From an uncultured Candidatus Saccharibacteria bacterium (GTDB taxonomy: Bacteria; Patescibacteriota; Minisyncoccia; Phycocordibacterales; UBA6065): DNA of 64,000 nucleotides. Below, one piece after another: positions 1-8,700 of the stretch. Position 1 is the stretch's first letter; each line of letters starts with the position of its first letter. The stretch lies in the NCBI GenBank assembly GCA_964368835.1, contig CAYJCZ010000002.1:19893-83892 (forward strand), written 5' to 3'. Made by a program: the position numbers and the translations under genes. The notes beneath the pieces were generated by a model that searched no databases, was not told the DNA's origin, and saw nothing but the letters and a program-made list of their open reading frames with translations.

Positions 1-661
1 CTTCTGTTTCAAAACCAGAAAGCTGTGCTCCGTCGATTGATATGTGTGCAAATATTCCGATAAAAGAAATGGTGATGATCATCCCGATTACTGCAGCGCT
101 CGTAGTTTTGTTGAATCCGTGGGTGACGTATGAGCCCAAGATGACAATTAGAGAAGATACACCGATCGAAACCATAACGGGTGAGTAGCCTTTTGTAATC
201 GCTGGCAAAAGCACAAATCCAATGAGGGCGAAGCTTCCAAAAAGTGAAAGTAGTCCTCGGACGCCTTGCTTACCTCCAAAGACAATCGTAAGGATTATAA
301 AGAGCGCCGTGAGTATAAGTAATGAAGGAATTCTGTAAGGCTCAGAAACTGAGTACAATGCTCTGCCTCCATCCCAAGGAATAATTTTTTTAAGATAGAA
401 AACATCGCCAGGTTCAAATGCCGCGTAATCATTTTCTACTTCGATAATTTCTCCCTTTGATGCACTCTCAAGAATTTCTACTCGCAGCATTTGTACTGTG
501 TGAAGCGTATCGGTGCCGGGGATTTTCTCTGACTTCTCATTCGTAATCTCCACTACTTTTGCTTTGAGTGTTTCTTGAACATCTTCAACAACCTCCTGCG
601 CGCCAGCATGGAAGGGAAGAAATAGAGATATAAAGAGGAGAATGGCGATCGGATATTTCAT
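1..661 (-). CDS. YibE/F-like integral membrane protein. N-terminus (MKYPIAILLFISL...) starts at 661; the C-terminus runs off the window edge, so the gene is partial.
   Basis: Reverse-complement reading from ATG (CAT at 659-661) gives a signal/TM segment, a soluble N-domain, then multiple hydrophobic helices (GMIITISFIGILAHISIDGAQLSGFETE), as in the YibE/F family. Not in the ORF track because it is truncated. Confidence 0.45.
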   Translation of the reverse strand, partial: MKYPIAILLFISLFLPFHAGAQEVVEDVQETLKAKVVEITNEKSEKIPGTDTLHTVQMLRVEILESASKGEIIEVENDYAAFEPGDVFYLKKIIPWDGGRALYSVSEPYRIPSLLILTALFIILTIVFGGKQGVRGLLSLFGSFALIGFVLLPAITKGYSPVMVSIGVSSLIVILGSYVTHGFNKTTSAAVIGMIITISFIGIFAHISIDGAQLSGFETE

Positions 662-684
662 CTGCATATTATCTCTTATCACGC

Positions 685-1104
685 TTATCTTTTCACGCAT
701 GATTTACACGTGCCAAAGAACTCAAGCGAGTGACCGGTCACTTCATGGAATTTCTTGGAATTCTTTTGTGCGTGCGCATTCTCATCTTTGGTACATGCAT
801 GGATATCTTCCATGAATCCGCACGAAGTACACACAATATGGTGATGATGTTCGCGCCCAAACCCGATTTCATAGCGGGCTGTAGTTTTATCAAGCATTAT
901 TTCTCGAACAAGCCTTTTCTGAACAAGCGTGGCAAGTGTTCGGTACAGCGTGCTTTGGTTCGGCGCCTTAACTTTTAGCGCGAGCTCCTTTATAGAAAGC
1001 GGATATCGTTCCTGTACAAGTGTCGACAAAACATCAATTCGAGCTTGAGTTACTTTTTCGCCTACTGAGTGAAGAATGCTTTCAAAATTATAGAGTTTCT
1101 TCAT
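685..1104 (-). CDS. Fur-family metalloregulator (likely Zur)
   Basis: 139 aa. N-terminal winged-helix region, HHHH cluster and CxxC...CxxC pairs (CTSCG ... CKSC) typical of Fur/Zur. Overlaps the downstream ZIP permease by 17 nt. Confidence 0.8.
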   Translation of the reverse strand: MKKLYNFESILHSVGEKVTQARIDVLSTLVQERYPLSIKELALKVKAPNQSTLYRTLATLVQKRLVREIMLDKTTARYEIGFGREHHHHIVCTSCGFMEDIHACTKDENAHAQKNSKKFHEVTGHSLEFFGTCKSCVKR

Positions 1105-1900
1105 GTGGAGTAGAGAGTAATGCGTCGTCGTGAGCTTCCTCGTGTGAATGGGGAAGTATCGCGTTTACGCCAAGCATAATAAGAATACCGAGTACGAGCG
1201 CTTGGATGTGCTTTTCACCTTTACCTTTTTTCGTAATAGATGAAAGAGTATGGGGAACGAGGTCTTTCAAGAGAATGTAGAGGAAGCCACCTGCAGAAAG
1301 TCCTATGAGTGGTGCTTCAAGCGCCGCGACAGAAGAAAGTGCTGCCGAGAGGAAAATACCAATAAGAATTGATGTCGATGCAAAAAAGTTTCTTATGAGA
1401 GCCTCCTTTTTTGTATATCCAGATTCTCGAAGAATAAAATACTCAGAAATTTCTTGAACGAGCTCATGAAGCAATATACCGACGGCAGTAGCTATACCGA
1501 GCTGTGTATCTGCAATAAACGCAGGTACAAGCAAAAGACCATCTCCGATATTGTGTACCGCATCACCCATGATGATGTGCCGTGCGTCTATTCGAGAATG
1601 GCCGTGATCTGTATGTGGGTCGTGATGGTGATGAGCTTCAGGTATGAGAGTAGAGAGAAGTTTTACAAGAGCTGCACCCGCTACGACTGAGATTACGACT
1701 ACAAGTCCTGCGCCATGTTCGAGCGCTTCGCTAAAAAGTCCCCAGGTGATTACCGCAAAGATTCCGATCGAAAATGTTGCAAGTAAAGGAAGATTCTTTT
1801 CCATCCAGCCACCCATTCGCTTTGCGGTAAACAGGATTCCTGATAGGGAGACGAGCATGATACAAACTGCTGCAATAAGTGAATATACAATCGGTGCCAT
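1088..1900 (-). CDS. ZIP-family zinc/metal permease (ZupT-like)
   Basis: 270 aa, multiple TM helices, His-rich loop (EAHHHHDPHTDHGH) and the conserved HNIGDGL / LLHE motifs of ZIP transporters. Co-oriented and overlapping with the Fur-family gene. Confidence 0.8.
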   Translation of the reverse strand: MAPIVYSLIAAVCIMLVSLSGILFTAKRMGGWMEKNLPLLATFSIGIFAVITWGLFSEALEHGAGLVVVISVVAGAALVKLLSTLIPEAHHHHDPHTDHGHSRIDARHIIMGDAVHNIGDGLLLVPAFIADTQLGIATAVGILLHELVQEISEYFILRESGYTKKEALIRNFFASTSILIGIFLSAALSSVAALEAPLIGLSAGGFLYILLKDLVPHTLSSITKKGKGEKHIQALVLGILIMLGVNAILPHSHEEAHDDALLSTPHEETL

Positions 1901-2014
1901 GAAAATTCATTAAGTTACTATGAAAAATATCGTAGCGTGTTCCTTATTTAAATGCAAATGATTCGCATTTACATGGTGGATAGTTCTTTGAGAAGAAGGT
2001 GGTAGAATTATTGT

Positions 2015-2743
2015 ATGACGTCTCCTTACAAAGTCGCGATTTTTGATATTGATAACACGCTTACCGAAAGCCGTGCGCCTATTTCTAAAAATCTTGGACG
2101 ACTACTCTCCAAACTCATAGACGAGATGCCTGTTGCGATTATTTCTGGTGGCTCGCGACAAGATTTTGAAAAACAGGTGATATCACACCTCACATTTAAG
2201 AAAAAGGAGAATCTGTATGTTCTGCCAACAGAAGGGGCTGAACTTCAGGTCTATAAAAGCGGTTCTTGGCACACCGTGTATTCATATCCAATATCAGATC
2301 ACAACAGACGCATTATCATAGAGCGTCTCGCAAAGATTGCACGAGCAAAACCTACACAGATCGGACAGTATATTGAAGATCGAGGTGGAGTAATTGCATT
2401 ACACGGTATCGACAAGGACTCTTCACTTGAGGAAAAGTATGAATGGGATCCAACTCACGAGAGGCGCCGTGCGATTATTAAGCATCTTGAGCCTCATATG
2501 AAAGGAATTTCTATGAAAATTGCAGGTTCAACGACGATTAACTTTACCGAAATGGGAGTTGATAAGGCGTTTGGCATCAATAAGCTCCTTACGCACCTTA
2601 AAATTGCACCAAAAGATGCGGTTTTTGTGGGTGATTCGTTTGATGAAGGGGGAAATGATGCGCCGGCACTTACAACAGGGGTGGATATACGAAGAACAAG
2701 GAACCCTAAATCTACAGAAAGCATTGTTTTGGAGCTTTTATAG
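2015..2743 (+). CDS. HAD-superfamily (subfamily IIB-like) phosphatase/hydrolase
   Basis: FDIDNTLT motif I at the N-terminus, VGDSFDEGGND motif IV near the C-terminus, 242 aa. Confidence 0.7.
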   Translation: MTSPYKVAIFDIDNTLTESRAPISKNLGRLLSKLIDEMPVAIISGGSRQDFEKQVISHLTFKKKENLYVLPTEGAELQVYKSGSWHTVYSYPISDHNRRIIIERLAKIARAKPTQIGQYIEDRGGVIALHGIDKDSSLEEKYEWDPTHERRRAIIKHLEPHMKGISMKIAGSTTINFTEMGVDKAFGINKLLTHLKIAPKDAVFVGDSFDEGGNDAPALTTGVDIRRTRNPKSTESIVLELL

Positions 2744-2790
2744 CCCAAATTAGTCTTTAAAAAAAGCCCTAGAAAGGCTATAATAAAGGC

Positions 2791-5700
2791 ATGTTGCAGA
2801 TCGACACCAACGAACTGACCGAGAAGGCACGAGTGCTCGCTCATGCCCTTGGCAAAAACACATCTCTTATTTCAGGAGGTGATGCATCGCTTGTATATTT
2901 TAATGAATTCAAGCAGTCAGCTCATCGGGTTGATTCTCTCTATAGAAAGCTTGTCGAAGAGGTGGGTAAGCAGAAACATGTCACTCACGAGATTGAATCG
3001 ATTTTCGATAACTTTTTCGTTGTTGAGACCGCGATTTTTGATATACGGAATAATCTCAAGAAGGAAGATATTCGAAAGTTGCCCCTTATAAAGACTGCAA
3101 AGAATCGATCGCTACCTCGTCTTTATTACATCCTCTCAAAACTCATTGAGGAAACGAATCGTACGGTTGATAAAGATGTTATTAACCAATTCCTCGCTAC
3201 GTATCAGGAATACAGCCCGCTTTCTATTCGAGAACTATATGCAATTCCGGGGATACTTCAGATTGTGTTCGTTGAACATTTTGGAAAACTTATTGAAAAG
3301 GCAATCGACTCGCTCAAAGAATATGAAGAAGCGGGAAAGATTGTTAAAAAGATAAAAAAGGAGGTAGGAAAGAAAAATCTTCACAACTTTACAAAGATTA
3401 TTTCTGAGCTCGCGTCAGATTACAGCATCGTGCCGCTTTCTTTGGGATTTTATCTTCTTCAGAGACTTTCGCCAGAAGGTTCATCGATGAGGCCGATTTT
3501 GCGATGGCTTAAGCTTAACTTTGAAAAGCAGGGCATTAATGTGAAAGATCTTGCTGATCTTGAAAGCAGGGAGCGAGGCAAGAATTCCGTCACCGCGTCG
3601 AATATTATCGAGTCTTTGCATTGGCTCACACAGGCTCGTTGGGAAAATATTGTTGAAGGTATAAACGTTGTAGATAGCATTTTGGCGAAGGATCCATCGG
3701 GAGCTTTCCCTTTGATGAGCATGGAAAGCAAGAACCACTATCGTCAGGTGATTGTGCGTATTGCAGAGACATCAAGTATTCACGAAGCAGAAGTGGCGCG
3801 TACGGCAGTGCGTCTTGCTATTCAGGCGGGAGCTACAACTGAAAAGGGGAGAATAAAAGATAAGGCAGCTAATATCGCTGAAGGACATGTTGGGTATTAC
3901 CTTATCGATGATGGACGACTGTTACTTGAGAGTAGGATTGATTACGTTCCGACGTTTAAAGAAAAACTTTATCGATTCATAACAAATAATCCATCCGGAG
4001 TTTATTTTGGAGGCGCTATTACATTGGATTTGTTAGTAACAGGAGTTTTTTCGGCGATGATTATCAAGTCGGGCGCACATCCTGGTTTGGTTGCGGCGGC
4101 CACAATTCTCTCACTTTTTCTAAACCTTGAGATCGCGTTAAGTCTCATTAATGTTCTCCTTTCTAGGTTTTTGCCGGTCCGAAAGCTCGCGAGTCTTGAT
4201 TTGTCACCTGGCATAAGCGAAAAGCAGAGGACGTTTGTGGTCATCCCAACAATGATGAGAAGCCCTGAGTCCATCAAGGAAACGATGCGAAAACTTGAGG
4301 TCCGCTACTTGGGTAACAAGGGCGACAACATTTTGTACGCGATTCTTTTTGGTTTTAAAGATGCAGATAAAGAAGTATTGCCTGGAGATGATCTTTTGAT
4401 TGAAACTGCAAAAGAAGAAATTGCAGCGCTTAACAAAAAATATCCTTCGATTGAAAAGAAATTTCACGTCTTTTATCGTAAGCGCAGGTGGAATGATAAA
4501 GAGGCTACGTTTATGGAGTGGGAGAGGAAGCGAGGAAAGCTGCGTGAGTTTAATATGCTTTTGAGAGGAGTGCGGGGCACGACGTTTATAAACGAATCTG
4601 AGATGGATTCGATTTCTCGCGTTCAGTATGTAATTACACTTGATGAAGATACTGAGTTGCCAAAAGATAGCGCGCGAAAACTGATTGGTGCGATAAGTCA
4701 TCCGCTTAACACGCCGGTCTTTTCGAAAGAGGGGCATATGCTTGAGCGAGGGTTTGGAATCATTCAACCTCGAGCCGGTGTTCGTCTTGTAACTGCCGCA
4801 AAATCAATTTACTCAAGGCTCTATTCTATTGGCTCAGGAATTGATTCATATTCGAATGCGATTTCCGACGTGTACCAGGATCTTTTTGGTAACGCACTGT
4901 TTTTTGGAAAGGGAATCTACGATGTTGATGCGATTGAGAAAACTATGGAGGGTCAGATTCCAGATAACACTGTTCTCTCGCATGACTTACTCGAAGGTGT
5001 GTATGCTCGAACTGGTTACGCATCTGATGTAGTGCTCTTTGATGGATTCCCGAATTATTATCACGAGTTTTCTACCAGGCTTCATCGCTGGATCAGAGGA
5101 GACTGGCAGATTATTGGATGGCTTAAGAAAAAGAGGTGGCATATTTCGGGTACGGAAAGAACATTTACCCTCGTCGATCGATTCAAGATTTTTGATAATC
5201 TTCGTCGCAGTCTTGTGCCAGTGTTTACGCTCGCTTTGGTTGCGTTTGTATTTTTTGATCGTACGTCCTCGTTCGTCATTGCTTTACATGCATGTATTGT
5301 CCTAGCAGCGCCGTCATTTTTTGCCTTTCTAAACGATCTGTTCTCACTAAAGAAAATTCCTTTCCGAATACGAATCTTGGATGTATGCAAGCAGTTTGGG
5401 TATGCGATGATCCACACGATTCTACGAGCAGTCTTTCTTGTTCATCATGCAGCTGTATCGCTTTCAGCTATCGCGACGACCATTTGGAGACTCTTTGTAA
5501 CTAGAAAAAATCTTCTTGAATGGCAAAACTTTGCTGATGTAGGTAGAAAGTTCAAAGGACGACTCTATGAGTTCTATCGTTCGATGTACATTACTCAGCT
5601 CGTCCCGATAGTGTATTTTGCACACGTTTTTTATACAAAGACTTTTGATATTGAATCACTTCTTTTTGCGGTCGCGTGGTTTGCCTCACCGGTTGTGGGT

Positions 5701-8700
5701 TATGTGGTGAGCCGTCCGCTCGAGAGGGTACATGAAGTTAGCAAGGACAATGAGCGAATGCTTCGTTCGATTGCGTACAAAACCGCGCGCTATTTCCTTG
5801 ATCTGTCTCGTCGTGAAAACAATTGGCTTATTCAAGATCACTACCAAGAGTCACCAAAGATTTCTCAAGTCGACAGGCTTACCACGTCACCTACGAACCT
5901 TGGTATGCTTTTCACGTCACTCTTTTCATCATATGAACTTGGCTATTTGCCTCTTGATCAATTCTTGCAGAGGTCGCGTCGAGCATTTACGAGTCTTTTG
6001 AAACTTGAACGATATCGCGGGCATCTCTTTAATTGGTATGACATCGAGAAGCTCGAGCCTTTGTCGCCTGCATATCTATCGAGTGTGGACAGTGCCAATT
6101 TTGTTACAGCTCTGATTACATTCCGTCAGGGACTTCGCGGCATATCACTACGACCGATAATAAGCGACCATTCGATTCGGGGCATTGAGGATGGATTGTA
6201 TTCAATCAAAGCAGAGGCATATGTATTAAAGAAGAGCATAAAAAGCAGAGCGGAAAAAAATCTTGTAAAAGAGCTTTGTGCTTTGGCAGAAAAGGCTTAT
6301 GAGAAGGTGAAGCATGCAAAGCAGCCTAAACTCTTCTCAGATTTCTATACGTTATTTGGCCTCATTCACGCAGATATTGTTCATATAGAAAAGGCGGTGG
6401 CGAGTCTCCGTGCAGATCATGCGATTGTTGGCGCAGATCAACTTTTCTTCTTTGTTGAACACTTGGCAAAGCTTGTCGAGGAGGAGCTCGGTTTTGAAAG
6501 ATATCTTTTGCCACATCTTCATTCAAGAGATCATTCAATTGATACCCATGTTTCAAGAGACGAACATCTTTCTAAAGTGTACAAGCAGCTCATAGATCTT
6601 CTTGAAACAGTTCCGTCACTCTATGACGTTGGATACAAGATGATGGATCAGGTAAAAGTTTTTGACTTTAGAAAGATCGCCGTCGAGTCGAGTCTTATTC
6701 CTCAAACAAAGGAATATGTGATTACGTGGTATGACGAGCTACTTAAAGATATAAATCGATCACAGGCACGAGCGCGCGAGTTTTTGACTGATCTTGAAGC
6801 AATTGAACGAGATGCGACAAGGTTTATTGATGAGCCTGATTTTGGATTCCTTTACAACAAAGAGAGAGGACTCTTTCATATCGGATACAACGCAACATAC
6901 GAGCGAGTGGACAGTGCGTGCTATAACTTCCTCGCATCTGAATCAAACCTCGTAAGCTTTATCGCAATTCTTAAAAATCAGGTACCGCAGAAGCATTGGT
7001 TTTATCTTGGTAGAAAACTTGTTCGTTCTGGTGGGCAAGTTGCACTGGTGTCATGGGGAGGATCACTCTTTGAATACCTGACGTCACTTATTTATTTCAA
7101 GGCTCACAAGGAAAGCTTGCTTGGTTCAACAGCTCGAGCTGCTATTTCAATTCACCGTAAACATGGATTTAAAAGGAGGATTCCGTGGGGAATGGGCGAG
7201 TCTGCGTATTATTTGTTTGATGCAAGCAAGCATTATCAGTATCAAGTATTCGGTAGTCCTGCACTCGGTCTCAAGCGAGGTCTAGCGGATTATCAAGTGA
7301 TTGCTCCGTATGTGTCAGCGCTTTCACTTTCGTATGTTCCAGAGGCAGCGACAAAAAATCTTCAGAAAATGGCAACTCTCGGTGCTACCGGAAATTTTGG
7401 CTTCTACGATGCGCTTGATTATATGGACGAATCCCGTGCGCTTGTGCCAAAGCCTCTTCCAACTCGAGTTTACTATGCGCACCACCAGGGCTTTACGCTT
7501 TTAGGTATTCATAACTTCCTTGATACAGATCGAATCAGGAATCTTTTCCATTCAGATCCATCTGTCGCGTCACTTGAGATACTGCTTGAAGAAAAAATGC
7601 CTGCAACTCCAGCTGCGACAACCTTGTCACTTCCAACTCGACTTCCATTCACTGCTGCAACAGGAGTGTCGGATGATGGAACAGAGAGCAAGCAGTATAT
7701 TCCGGTCAAAACACCTCATCCACAATTTGCGCTCATTGGAAACGGCGTGTATTCAACAATGGTAAGTAACGCTGGTGCAGGGAAGTCTCGCTACAAGAAA
7801 GTTTCACTTACACGGTTCAAGGATGACACCATGCTTGAAGAAAGCGGCACCTTTGTCTATGTACGGAACGAAAAGACCAAGGCGATCTGGTCTCCAACTC
7901 TGCGACCACTCGGCGGTGAGACAAAACGACATAAAGTTGTGTATCACGAGAACAAGGCGGAGTTCGACACGATCTCTGGGAATGTCTCAAGTAAATTTGA
8001 GATTGCTGTAGATCCTCGTGATCCAGTTGAAGTTCGTTCACTTACACTTACCAATACAGGCGAAACTGCAGAGCGTCTTTCGATCGCAAGTTACGGCGAA
8101 GTTTCTTTGGCGCTTGAATCAGAAGAAAGCCATCACCCTCAATATCAAAAGCTTCTTGTGCGTTCAGTTTTCTCTGAAGAGTTTAATGCTCTCATTTATT
8201 CAAGACCGTACCCAGGCGACAGAACAAGAAAAATTTATTTTGCGCACATGCTTGCCCGAGACGGATTTGGCAAAGACAAAGTGTATGCGTGTGCTGACAG
8301 GGAATTCTTTATTGGACGCTCACGAAATATAAAAGACCCAATGTATTTCGACAGAATAGAAGATGCGCCGATAAAGGAATACACACTTGATCCGATTTTC
8401 TCACTTTCAAGAACCGTTGAACTCAAATCAAAAGAGTCTGCAAAATTCGTGTACGTAAACATTGCTCACGAGGATTATGAGTCTCTTATGGATCTTGTAC
8501 ATAAATATAAGAGGGGAGGCGTGGGAGTAAATGTCATTTCTGGAGCGCTCAAGGCAAGCGCAGAAAGAACACGTGATATTGGTATCACGCAGAGCATGGC
8601 GGTGTTGTTCCAGGATCTTGCATCGAGGGTGCTTGGTGGTAAGAATTTCGAACGACTCGAAGTGCCAGAGTCTCCGCTCCCTTACATTCACTCACTTTGG

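Noticed and set aside
2779-2790. TATAAT only 6 nt before the ATG of the giant gene (possible leaderless transcript)
   Set aside because: A single hexamer match. The true promoter cannot be assigned from sequence alone.
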